64,000 bases of DNA from Octopus sinensis (taxonomy: Eukaryota): NCBI RefSeq assembly GCF_006345805.1, contig NC_043004.1:106144001-106208000 (forward strand), read 5' to 3'. Below the pieces are notes generated by a model that saw only the letters and a program-made list of their open reading frames with translations, had not been told where the DNA came from and ran no database searches. The stretch's first letter is position 1, and each line of letters starts with the position of its first letter. The position numbers were made by a program, and so were the translations under genes. Shown in pieces: positions 50,841 through 63,539 of the stretch.

Positions 50841-51524
50841 TAGCCTTCAGTCAACCCAAAGTTGTAGGTGTACACCATCCCATTCAATGGACTGCCCTTG
50901 TTGTTGGGTCTTGGGTAGTAGACAATCCATTGCTTAGTTTTTAACACTTCCTTCTGACTAATGTTTGCAACATCTTAATTGTAGTTTCTTCCTTTTCTCT
51001 TCATATTAATCTTTGAGACCCCGCAAGGAAGTTCATGGATCCTGTATTGTTTCCATCTCAAACTAAGCACTTTTTGTGGTGTATGTAAAAAGTATAATGT
51101 TGCATGGTTGTAAGATATTAAGAAGTGAATAGGGAGGACTAATTTGAATATTTTCCATTAGGTGTGTGGAGTTATATATCATTATTATTTAATGTCCATG
51201 TTCCATGATGGTATGAGTTGGATTGAATGGGTCTCAGGACTGCATCGTGCTCCAATGTCTGCTTTGGTTGGGTTCCTATTGCTAGTGCCCTTCCTAATGC
51301 CAGTAACTTTACAGTATGTACTAGGTGCTTTTTTTTTTTTTGTCACCAGCACTAGTGAGGCCATCATGCAGTTTTTTTGTAAGGCTATAAACCCTCAGTG
51401 GGGAAATAGGGATGCAGTTTTATGTAGGGAGATGAAGGACAAAAGATGGGTAAAAATATGAGAGGAACAGTTAGTACCTTGCATACAATTAGAAGAGAAT
51501 TTATAAAAAGTGTTGAAACATTAG

Positions 51525-51973
51525 CAAAGGCATTTGTTAAAAAGTAAATCCTGGTTTTGGATTCAGTCTCACTGTGTAGCAACCTGGGTGTCTTCTACTG
51601 TAACCCTGAGTTTTGTCCAAAGCTTTGTAAAGTGAATTGGGTGGATGGAAGCTAAGAGAAGCCTGTTGTGTGTGTGTGTGTGTATGTGTACACACACATA
51701 TATGTAAGAGAGAGTGTGAGCGTCTGAATGTTTGTGTCTCCTTCTTTTGACTTGCATGATAATAGTAAATGAGTGTTACTGTCAGACAAGCAGTATCATT
51801 CATTTCCAATATTCTATGAAAGTATGCCTGGCCATTGAGATATATTACCTTGCTGGCAATATATCTCAATGAGAGTTGGTGACAAGAAAGGTAACCGGCT
51901 GTAGTAAATTTACCTCAATAAACTCTATCACACCCATTGCAAGCAGGGGAAAGTGAACATTAAAATGATGATG
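51525..51973 (+). mobile_element. SINE family 1 with tail B variant
   Basis: Degraded family 1 head, (TG)n, then TTTCCAATATTC...GGTGACAAGAAAGG...CCCATTGCAAGCAGGGGAAAGTGAACATTAAAATGATGATG. Confidence 0.8.
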
Positions 51974-52979
51974 TATTGTTTAATCTAATGAAGTAGCGTC
52001 ACTTATTTAGTAGCATTGGTGGTGGTCCTGGGGACTATATAATTATGGTAAATAAAGAAGAAAAGAAAAACTAAGTTTCACTGAGGGTTTACTTCAGATG
52101 AAATAATTATATTTGATAATTGAAATACTAAGGATTAGAGTATATGGTTGTATTTAGTCAAGAATTTACATAACATATGTGTGTGTGTGTATATTTTCCT
52201 GAATATTAGAATATTCAGGTTTTACTATGTTGAGTTGAAGGTAAAGATAAGCATATTTGCATATTTTGATTGTTAATGAGTAAAAAAAAAAAAAGAAACT
52301 AAAGACTTTAAAAATATGAAAGAATTGCAAAATTAAGAACAAATTGGTAAATGGATGTAGAATAAAATAGATTATATAAGGATGTTGAAACAGGCATTAA
52401 ATCATATTTTGATTATTTTATATAATGTTCTTAAAACAAGATAGTCTTTGATTGAATAAAGTAGCCGTATTAATTGGTAGTTAAAACACAACCTTAATTA
52501 TTTTTTTCTTGGAGTTGCAGGAGGAGTGCAGATATAAATATTATGGGGAAATGTGAAAAGCTAAACAGCTATTTTGATGTGTATCTGTGAGTGATACAAG
52601 GACTGAAATAGTTTAATTTTGAGATCTGTTTAAATAATCAATAGTCAAAATTAGATCAAAACAGTATATTTTAGAAGGTTTGGAAAATATCTGAACTTGC
52701 TGCCATTCAAATAATGTCAAATCAGTGAATTATGTCCCCTTGACCAGTACCAAAGCAAAAAACAAAAAAAATCAGTTGCCATATTTTGTACAGATAATAA
52801 TTTTGTTGCAGTTTTAGAAAATGTAATTGCTATAGCCTTATGACTAATAGCTATAAAATTCCTTCCGCACATACTCCTCACACACCAGCTCCTCTTCTTT
52901 CACCCAGTGTCTCTAAGTTCTTTTTTTTATTTAACTTCCAACCTACATCCAATCTTTCTTTGATGTGCACACACACACA

Positions 52980-53018
<39 letters not shown>

Positions 53019-53019
53019 T

Positions 53020-53786
53020 GAAGGCATGGCTGTGAGGTTAAGAAATATGTTTCCCAACCACATGGTTTTGGGCTCAATCTCGCTGCTTGGCACCTTCGGC
53101 AAGTATCTTCTATTATAGCTTTGATCAAATTAAAGTTTTGTGAGTGGTTTTGGTAGATGGAAGGTAAAACAAACCATTCGTGTGTGTGTGTGTGTGTCTG
53201 TTTGTGAAGACGCATGGCTCAGTGGTTAGAGCATCCAGCTCACAATCATGAGGTAGTGAGTTCAGTTCACAGACTGGGCTGTGTGTTGTGTTCTTGAGCA
53301 AGACACTTTATTTCACATTGCTCCAGTTTACTCAGCTGTAGAAATTAATTGTGATGTCACTGGTGCCAAGCTGTATCTGCCTTTGCCTATGATGATATAT
53401 ATTATCATTGCATGCTGGGCAAAATGCTTAGCGGTATTTCCTCTCTCTTTATGTCCTGAGTTCAAATTCCGCTGAGGTCGACTTTGCCTTTCATCCTTTC
53501 AGAGTCAATAAATTAAGTACCAGTTGTGTACTGGGGTTGATCTAATCGACTGGCCACCTCCTCCCCAAAAATTTTGGGCCTTGTGCCTAGAATAGAAAGG
53601 GATATATATCATCATCATCATCATTTAACATCTGTTTTCCATGCTGGCATGGGTTCGATGGTTTAATAAGAATTGGCAAGTTAGAGGGCTGCACCAGACC
53701 CCAGTCATCTGTTTTGGCATAGTTTCTATGGTCGGATGCTCTTTCTGATGCCAACTACTTTACAGAGTTTTCTGAGTGCCTTTTAC
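53020..53786. mobile_element. SINE cluster: family 1 head (53020-53200,+), family 3 (53205-53388,+), family 2 (53410-53599,+), tail B (53610-53786,-)
   Basis: Each segment matches copies listed elsewhere in the window. Confidence 0.85.
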
Positions 53787-54250
53787 AATTCTTTCAAAAT
53801 TTTCATGCACTTTGAAGAATTGTAAGGCAAAACTCAGAGAGAGTGCATCAAATATTCAATCAAAGTATATGTGTTATGCATGAAGAGCTATGCTCAGAAC
53901 ATCAAAAATTCTCTCCTTTTACTGAGCAGCAAACTAATGCATTCCTTGTGCACATACTCTTGCCTGTTATTGTTAATTTTATTATTTATTCGAATTGACT
54001 ATATATATATATACATACATTTACACACACACACACACATATATATATAGGGACAGAGAGAGAGAGAGTGAGTTGATGTATAGACATCAAAGAATAAACC
54101 TGTCATAATTTACAGCTCCGTTAATCACTGCTTATTAAACTCCAATTACATAATTACATTGCAGTAAATCCAAGTGGGACTGACTTGCTTGCATATACGT
54201 AACTGGCTAAAACTATCTTTTAAGAGCAACATATTTAACAGAAAAATGTA

Positions 54251-54658
54251 TAAATCATACTTTAGTTTTGCTCAACAGCTGTTTCATTAAAATAAACACC
54301 ACCAAATGTGTAATCACATACTGGTGGGTGCTAAAAAGTTCTTGGTTTTGTGTAAAAGAAAACACAGGAGGATTAGTTAATTATGATACTCATCTCAGAT
54401 GCACATACTTATTGTGACAATCCTTCAGGTTTTCTAAGCCCTATAAAATAACTCAGAAGGTTGGGCCTCCAACCAGGATTTTTGCAATAACCTTAAAGAC
54501 AGCATCCTCTTGTAATGATTCTTCTAAACACATTTTAAAAATTACTTTAATTTGAATATAAAACTTTACCCAAATCATCACGAATCATTACATAATTATA
54601 TATTTGGTAGTGTTTATCATAATGAAACAGCTGTTGAGCACAACTGAAGTATGAACTA
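54251..54658. mobile_element. Tc1/mariner-type MITE with long TIRs, interrupted by a second mariner MITE (54321-54512)
   Basis: TA flanks; TCATACTTTAGTTTTGCTCAACAGCTGTTTCATTA...ACCAAAT mirrored at 54597-54654; inner element TA|CTGGTGGGTGCTAAAAAGTTC...CAGCATCCTCTTG|TA. Confidence 0.8.
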
Positions 54659-55940
54659 TATATATGAAAATTTATGAGTGGGTACAAAACTGAAGCGTGG
54701 GACATGTGAAAGCTAATGGAATGAGGGTAAAAAATAGTTCTGTCAGCTCATGCAGCACTAGAAAGCTACTGATCAAAGTGATAAAAGACAACTGAAGCCC
54801 TTCAAAATGTGACCTTCGTTTTTTAAAGCAGTAGGGCGTTGTTTGTGGCAATTTTCTGTTAATTTTAGCATGTCAGGCACTCATAAGTTCATCCAATAAG
54901 TTGTATTGTTTGTGTGTTAGATATATCCACACACACACACACGTACCAAAATTCACTTGTACAAACACTGCACAGTAATGGTTGGTATGGTCTGACTACA
55001 TCGCCTACACATGTTTCCCAGCTGGAGCACTCAGTCAATTACCAATTAATTGATTTCTCTGCTTTTGATTTAATCAAAAATTGCCATGCAGTTTGACTTT
55101 ATTCATCGCACTTTGCATAAATCAAATACTTTTTTTTTTAAATATATTTCATTGACTTTTTATTTTAAATATATTTACTAGAAACTAGTTGTATGTCTCT
55201 ATAATAAGTCTGCTTGACCTACCAAGTCTGCAGCTATTTTAATTTGGTTGATGATAATGTTAATAATAATAATAATAGTTTTAAAAGAAAATCACTGGTA
55301 AATTGTTTCCACTGTGCATGTTTCAAAATTATATAATTCTTTATTCTAATAAAAAAAAAAAAAAGGAATGTTGAAAAGAAAGAAAGAGAACTGGTTTGGT
55401 AAAGTTGAAAAGTTCTAATGTGGTTAATAGCTGTTTGTATTGGTGGTGACATTCTAAGTGAAGTTATTGGTGAAAGACAAAACAAGTTGGCATTTAGCAG
55501 AAATGGGAGAAAGACACCCAGAGATTATCCGACTTCCCTTATTTCATCGTATAATTCCTCTCGTTCATTAGTTCTCTTTCCAGTTGTATTTTTCTCCTTC
55601 TTTTCCTGCTTTGCTCTCTATTTTTTTTTCCACCTCATATTCATGCATTCACATATATTCAAACACAAATACATAGATATTTACATATAGATATATGCAT
55701 ATACACTTACTTAAGGTCACATACTTACATACGTTTGTATATGAGCAATGACACTCATCCACATAGATGCATGTATGTGTGAGTGAGATAATTGAAAGGG
55801 TCTGGTCCAACCTATTATCACTAATATTACTGCTGCCTCTGTTGTTGTGTTGTTGTGTGACACTGTAATATACTGCAGACTGTACTATAGCTAAGATCCT
55901 GTTGCTCTACTCACTGTTTGCTGTTATTTTTTCGCTACAG

Positions 55941-56008
55941 AAGCCAAGAATCAGCTGGGGAAGACCGGTTGGTGCTAGACCTCACCTATGTCATGGAAAG
56001 GATTATTG
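55941..56008 (+). CDS. TNS: 68-nt coding exon: start of tensin/PTEN-type phosphatase domain (SQESAGEDRLVLDLTYVMERII-A), most likely tensin
   Basis: TATTTTTTCGCTACAG acceptor, TTG|GTAAGT donor. LDLTYVMERII matches the tensin-family motif LDL(T/V)Y(I/V)TERIIA. It lacks the NKRRY motif that precedes this segment in PTEN and TPTE/VSP. Confidence 0.85.
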
Positions 56009-56289
56009 GTAAGTACCATAAATAAATTTCTTCTACTCAAACCTCCAGATGTTATATTACTGTGCTTTGATAAAATATGACTTGTCTGTTAACTCTGGCT
56101 CTTCTTTTGGTACGAGGGTGAGATGGTAATGTTTGATCAACCTGGCTGCAGTACACTTGTATAATAATAACATTTGTCCCATTAACCATTATTTTCACAT
56201 GACTGTGGTATCATGGTAAAAGCATTGAAATCTTTAATGGTAAAACTTAGCTTCATAGGTTCAATCGTAGCTCACAGGGTATCTTTTAT

Positions 56290-56638
56290 CATTTAATTAT
56301 TTTAGTGCTGGGTCACTGACTTGAAGAATTTTAGTCAAACAAATCAACTTCAATACTTTTCTTTTCTTTTTTTTCTGGAGCCCGGTACTTATTGGTCTCT
56401 TTTGCCAAACTCCTAAATTACAAGGACATAAACACTGGTCATCAAGCAGTGGTGGAGGACAAACATAAATGCAAAGGCTCACACACACACATACAACAGG
56501 CTTCTTTCAGTTTCCATCTGCCAAGTCCATTCACAAGTGTTTCGTTGGCCCAAAGCTATTGTAGAAGACAGGTGCCACAGAGTGGGACTGAACCCAGAAT
56601 TGTGAGGTTGGGAAGCAAACTTCTTAACACACAGCCAT
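56290..56638 (-). mobile_element. SINE family 1 with tail A
   Basis: Reverse complement colinear with 38567-38960. Confidence 0.85.
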
Positions 56639-58244
56639 ATATATCAAATTGTCATGTGTATTGTGAACAGAAAGAATCAAAACAGTAACTTGCATATTCG
56701 TTCTTAGTGCTTTCAGGTAGATTCAAACACGAATATGTTAATCACTGTTGTGTTTCATCACAGAACAAAAACTTCTCCTTTATAATGAATGTGTGTTCAT
56801 AATGTATATTTAGCGCAACATTTTAATTGTGGAATGCATCAATCATGTTCTAATATAAACATAAAGATGCTAAAAAGGAAATTTGTCATCCAATAAATGT
56901 TCATCACTAAACTTGACAATGTCAGAAAGAGAAAATGATTTGTTTTGCTCCATAAGAGATTTAGAACAAAGTTTTTGTTTATGAATCTATAATATCTTGA
57001 AATCTAATGTGTTTGTCCAAAATCGTGTGTGTTATTCTTAGACAGGATAATGAAGCATGTGTTAAAGTTAATTTGTATATATCGTTAGTGTTTGGCTTCA
57101 ACTCTGATCCAGCAGATCAGTAGTGTTCCAGCCATGACCACAACACCTGTTTTGTCCTTTCAGGCATTCGGTATCTTGAAGTGCACTCTGCTATGTGTCC
57201 TTCCCCTGTTCTTTTAAGGTGGTAGGGTGTGATTTGAGGACTATTGGGTAGTATTTTTAGTGGGTGCCTTTTTGGATTAGATTTGTATACTCTAAAACCC
57301 ATGTCTGATATTTATTTATGTGACTAAAATACAAGTTCTATTTTTAATGTACATATGTGTGTGTGTATATAAAATACACATACACACATATACAGTAGAT
57401 GTGAAGAGTTTAGGTCAAGGTAACCCAAACTAATATATTATGTATATATTAGTTACTAATATATAATTAAGCTTCTTTGCTCATAAAACTGAAAAGAATG
57501 TCTCTAAAGTATAAAATTTAAGTTTTAAACACATCTGTAAGGAATTTGTATTTGCTGATTTATAATAAAAGCATTGCTATGAATTTTAAATAGTGATGTA
57601 TTTTTACAATGTGCAGTTAGACTTACAGATATTCAAACAACATGCAGACCCACACAGCAACTTTCAGATGCACATATATTTACATGCAGACATACGCACA
57701 TGAACAAGCTGCTGCTTCATAAAAGCATGCAAATACTGGCAAGAGCATTCAGAAATGCCAATGCATGCACAAAAGTACCAGAACATGTAAATGTATTCAC
57801 AACAGCATGCAGTGTCGCTCATCCTCAAAAGCTTGCAGATACACCAACAAAAATATGTATATGCATTCAGAAGAGCATGAAGTTGCACTCATTCTTAAAA
57901 ACCTGCAAATGCATTCACAATGATATGCAGATGCACTCACAAGAGCATGCAGAAACTTACAAGAACATGTACCTGAAGATGTTGATGCATTTACAGGTAT
58001 TTGCACAAACATTTGGAAAAGTATGCATATCACTCAAAAAAAAACGTAAATGCATTTGTATGAATGTGTACATGCACTCAGAGCATGTTCACCTCACAAG
58101 AATCAGCAGTTGCCTTCACTGGAACATTTAGATACTCTTATATGGCCATTCAGATGTACACACACACACACACATAGAATAGACAGCCACACACACACAC
58201 GTACATATCTATGTACAATGATAGATTCTTGTGGAATTATAATA

Positions 58245-58497
58245 TTAATGAAATAATGAACTTATTTTATATGGTGCTCAAGTGCACTACAACTTATCAG
58301 AAGTAGTCAAAAGTGCATGAACAGTGCATAGAATAATGCACAGAAAGTAGACAGAGAATGAGTTGTTTAGAAAAAATGTGGTGGTGGTGGTGGGGGACAT
58401 CAGGTGTACTGTTGGTGTATTTGAGGAAGCATGGAAGATTTGAAGGATGTAGTGTTCTGACTGCTAGATGCGGGTGGTTTATTCCATGCTTCAGCAT
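58245..58497 (-). mobile_element. CR1/L2-type LINE 3' end, degraded
   Basis: Minus strand AEAWNKPPAS...TSFKSSMLPQIHQQYT* (WN.LP....SFK motif), same family as 48232-48446. Confidence 0.75.
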
Positions 58498-59342
58498 GTG
58501 TGTGTGTGCCTGGATAGATTTATTGAAGAAGAGTCCACTCAAAATTTTTTAAAGCTGGATTCTACTTAAGGTTTTTTGTAAAGCAGGAGTCTATTACAGA
58601 TGTCTTATGCAAAACTTTTCCAGAGTCTGGAGCAAAAGTAGTCTCCAGTTGTCTTGAGTAAGACTTTTCTCTAGATGTTTTGAACAAGATTCTTTTGGAT
58701 GTCTTTGGCACTGCTCTCTATGTGAGCAGGACAAAACTCCACCTTTTGGTGTGTAGAGTAAGACACATCTCTAGAGTTGTAGAATAAGACTTCTCTTCAG
58801 GTTTGTGGTATAATAATATCTAGTTAAGTTGCGTGGTGTTATGTCCTCTTCTTTAGATGTACAAAGCAATACTAATCTCTTTATGTGATGCAAACTTTGG
58901 CTCTTTGAGTGAAGCAAGTCTTTCTTTGCAGTATGTGATCCAACGCTTCTTTCTTCAGATATGAAGTATGTTGATTACACCATTTATATTAAGCAGAGTG
59001 AGACACCATTCCAGTTGTGATGGAATATTTCTACATTCTTTATGTAAATCTCCAATATAGGTTTGTTAAGCTCCCATCTAAAGGATGCTAACTGAGCTTT
59101 TGTGTTGCTGCTTGATCTGTTAGCAAAAGCAGCCAAATCTCCCTCAAAAAAACATTTTACTGTTTTAAAACAAAGGAAGGACATATGAGATGATTTGTTC
59201 CTAGATAAAAAATAGTTGGGATGGTCACAGCTTGAATGTCTTTCGTCATGTCTGCTTAATCAAGACTGACCTTTGATTAATTTAATTGCCTGTAATTTTT
59301 AAGAGTTTATTGCCAAAGAGAGGATGGGTATTTTAGATGTAT

Positions 59343-59847
59343 GCACAGGCATTAAGAAGCTTGCTTTCTAACTACATGATTTCAGGTTCAGTCCCATTGT
59401 ATAGCACCTTGGGAAAGTATCTTCTAGTTTAGCCCTGTGCCACCAAAACCTGTCAGTGGATTTGGTAGGCAGAAACTGAAAGGAGTCTGTTTTGTATGTG
59501 TGTGTGTGTATATATATATATATTATATATATATATAGATAGAGATATAGATACCACCTATATATATTTGTATATGTATGTATGAGTGTTTGTATGTTTG
59601 TTTTCCTTGGCTTGTACTACCATCACATGATAGTGCTCATGAGAGTCAATATTGACAAGCAGTGACATTCATTTCCAATATTCTATGGAAATACACCTGC
59701 CTATAGGGAGGTTTTACCTTGCTGAGAAGCAGGTGAAGTTTTGCGACAGGAAGGGAATTCGGTTGTAGAAAATCTGCCTCAATAGAATATGCCCTAACTA
59801 TACAAGCACAGAAAAGTTGACATTAAAACTCTGATAACGATGATGAT
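59343..59847 (+). mobile_element. SINE family 1 with tail B variant
   Basis: Colinear with 51525-51973. Confidence 0.8.
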
Positions 59848-60006
59848 TTCTTTTCCTCTTCCTCCTTTTTCTAACTCTCCTTCTCTCACCTCTCTTCTCA
59901 TCACTTCTCTCAGCTTCCGTCTCACTTCTACCCCATCATCCCCACAACATACATGCATCAATGTTTTCTCAGCTACTTTCTAGACATTATCAATGTTTAG
60001 GCTATA

Positions 60007-60306
60007 CTCTTTTACTTGTTTCAGTCATTTGACTGCGACCATACTGGAGCACCACCTTCAGTTAAGAAATTGACCCCAGGACTTATTCTTTGTAAGCCTA
60101 GTACTTATTCTATCAGTCTCTTTTGCCGGACGGCTAAGTTATGGGGATGTAAACACACCAGCATCGGTTGTTTAGCAATGTTGGATGACAAACAAAGACA
60201 TACATATATACAACGGGCATCTTTCAGTTTCCGTCTACCAAATCCACTCACAAGGCTTTGGTTGGCCCGAGGCTATAGTAGAAGACACTTGCCCAAGGTG
60301 CCATGC
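60007..60306 (-). mobile_element. Young SINE family 1 (tail A), head lost at a (TA)n run
   Basis: Reverse complement near-identical to 38640-38950. Confidence 0.9.
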
Positions 60307-63300
60307 TATATATATATATATATATATATATATAATCTTGCAATGATGTTTGTAAACATTAGTTCATTGCCACAAATTGGTAGAGAAGCTATGTAACTGA
60401 TTTAATTTTAATGATAGTTTTTTATTTATTACTATTTAATTACAAGGAAACAAAGAAAAAGAAAAAAGTTAGTGGGTGGAGTCTAACCAACTGAGGATGA
60501 AGGGGGCGGGTGGGCCATGCACCCTAGAATAAATGGCCTATTCATCTGCGCCCCACATTACTGCGATGGCGTTGTCATGGAGAATGGCCAGCAACATTTG
60601 CTGCTGTAGCCATTGCACCTCATGTGGCTCAATTGGCCCAGTACATTACTGCTTAGGTTTACTGAACTGGGGAGAGATGAGATGAGATGAGAAGTCAAAT
60701 CCGATGGGATTTGAACTATGGCTGTAAATAAAGGAACTTAAGTGAATACCACAAGGTATTTAGTCCTTCACCTTACCAGTTCTACTGCGATGATGATGTT
60801 GGTGATAATACTGCTGATAATGATTAGATACTTGCTATGAAGTCTCACTTCAGCCTTAGCCTTGATATCTCTAATTTCAGATTTTAAGAAAGTTGACATC
60901 CTATAGTGAGAGCTATCTTATCTATCTTCTTCATTTTTCATTTTATTTCCCACTTCTTGTTCTTTTCTCCCTCTCTTCTCCTCATCCCCCATCACCCCTC
61001 TCTCTCCAATTCCACCCACTCCTCCACTCATCCATCCGTCTATCTATCCATCTAAAGTAACTGAGAAGATTTCAACCCTGGTATAATATTACTGTTGTTG
61101 GGTGTGTGAAGTAATTCTGCTGTTGAGGCAAGGATGTTGTTGTTGTTGTTGGTGATGGTGGTGGAGGTGTTTCCAGAGCTGTTCTGTTTACTTCTGATTG
61201 TTGTGGTATTGCCATGCTACTCTGTTATGGTATTGATGTAGCCTATATAAATATTTACTGTCACCTGTACCACTGTGTACTGTGTGTGTGTGTGTGTGTG
61301 TGTGCCTGCCTCTTACCAGTACCAATATGTACTACCAATTGTACAGCCAAGCCATTGAGGAGAATCTCTGAAATAGGTCTCTTGATTAATATAAAAAAAA
61401 AAGCAATAAAAATAGTAGCTTAGTCTTCAAAGGAAAGCACACCCTGCCATCTTAAAAAATGAAAGGTGAAACACATTGGACTGTGTAGCCCTTGATGCTG
61501 CTGCTACTACTACAACTACTACTACTGTATACCATTACATATAAAGCAGTAAGGCACATTGAACTGTAATCCTTGATGTGCTTTATCTGTATTGATAGTC
61601 ACGGCTTGAGCATCTTTGATCACAGACATGTTACATCAAGGCCATTTTAGAGTGAAACTTTACTACTACTACTACTACAATAGTGTACCACTACATGTAT
61701 AGCGATGTCTTCTACTACGTATGGCAGTGTGTACTGGGTCTTGTACCAGTGCCAATATGTATCACTACGTACAGCAGTGTTTGTTATTTTGTAATCAGTG
61801 AGTGCCATCACTTTTTCTTAACCCGCATTAGTCAGAGGAGGAAGCACAGTATTCCTGATATTTCTCTGAACCTCCAATACTGATGGAAGGAAGGAGAGAA
61901 GGAAGGAAGGATCCTCTGATTGGAGACCAGACCTGAATGTTTGCAACAGAGGGGATGTTACTGGAGGCATCCAGGCTCAAGTTGGTGGTGGCAGTGGTGG
62001 GGGTTAATAGACTGAATGATGGACTAAACCTATCATTTCTATCAAAGTGTAGCATCACCCTATATCATAACCGTGTATAATAGTCCGGTATTTGCTGACT
62101 TGGGATAAAGATCAATAGCATTTTGTTTGAATAGCTTTCACCTAAAATCTTATCAATCTTTTATCATTTGGTTCTCTTATGCACACATGCACATACACAC
62201 ACATGCATGCATGCACATGTGCACTGCACACAAACACCTCGCTGTTCCCTCCCCTCCTCAATGCTTGGCTTTCCAACTACTGATAATGCCAACACCATCC
62301 ACCCCACTTCAATGCAATCACTGGCAATTTGCAGTCCCTACCCTGTAATCAGTGGTGCAAGTAGTGACACCCATGATCTCATCACCTTACACTCAACGCT
62401 CAGTTAAGGGCCCCATAATAAACCATTTCTAACAAAAGTTTTTCCACAACTGTATAGAAATGTATAGAATTAGGGAGCAAAAAAGAAAAGAAGTCCTCAC
62501 CATCACCCTCTTCCATCCGGTATGCCAGCAGTTCGCCACCCTACCACACCACATTACCCCCCCCCCCCCCCCCATCTATTGCTTCTGCCACCGCTGCTGC
62601 TGCTGCTGCTTAGTAAGTGTTTAATAATGAACTGTACAATAGATTTCCTCTCTGCTCGTTCAATATTCATCACTTCCCATTGACTGAGAAGTTATCAGTA
62701 TTTGTCTTTTTGTTGTTGACTGATTAAACGTGAAATGTGTTTTCACGAAAACTGGTGAGCCACAGTTGAAAGCACAGCATTGGACAACACTGACATTGTT
62801 GTCACTGTTAACTCACTTATTTCTCTCTGGTTATAGATTTATTTTATTTTTTTCATTGCCATGTGTTTTCCTATTACTTCATTATTGATCCCCTTTCTCC
62901 TAGTGCCACAAATGCCATCAACTATCTGCTTACTTTCACAGAATCCACTGATATTTATGTATGCATTTATTTATTTATGTATGTATTCATTAACTTACTT
63001 TCTTTGTAATAAAAACTACAGCTATTATTGGCTAATTTGAATTTTGTTTATCGTGCGTACAAGGTTGTGAAGTCACAGCTAGTTGAATCGATAAAACGCT
63101 TGCTTGCTGGGTAATGAATCGACAGTTCGTTTCCTGCAATGGCCACATATTACATGTTCCCTGACAAAGCGTTAAACTTTCAATAACCCTACATTACAAG
63201 CTCAGCTGTAAAATTATTTTGGAGTTTATGATCCTTACAGAGAATATACAAGTTGGGTACAGCAGTGAAAGGATCATATTTTCAAGGAGTAAATTATCTT

Positions 63301-63539
63301 AATTGTTATCAGGTTATATAAAGGAAATTTTCTGGATGCATCACAAGATGCCAGTGAACATTTATAATATGTATTTAGGAGAATATTCATTATTACCTTC
63401 AAATTACTATAATGACCACTAACGTTAGTATAATAAAAAGCCTTGATGTCACTCCCAGCTTAGAATGGACATAAACCATATAATAAACCTAATGATAATT
63501 TCACATCAATATTTACTCTCATCACATGTCAATAATCTT

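Noticed and set aside
55941-56008. Assignment to PTEN, TPTE/VSP or GAK/auxilin
   Set aside because: PTEN and TPTE/VSP have NKRRY..DGF directly before LDLTY, which is absent here; GAK/auxilin typically read SYITSR. Tensin fits best, though not proven without downstream exons.
57700-58131. Longest ORF (143 aa)
   Set aside because: Lies in an ATGCA-rich degenerate repeat; M/H/C/K bias follows from the repeat; no convincing splice sites or domain motif
185-62407. All ORF-track ORFs as protein-coding genes
   Set aside because: They are 60-143 aa and arise from microsatellites (YIYI, CVCV, HTHT), SINEs or decayed LINEs; none shows a cellular protein motif, and the real exons are shorter than the track cutoff
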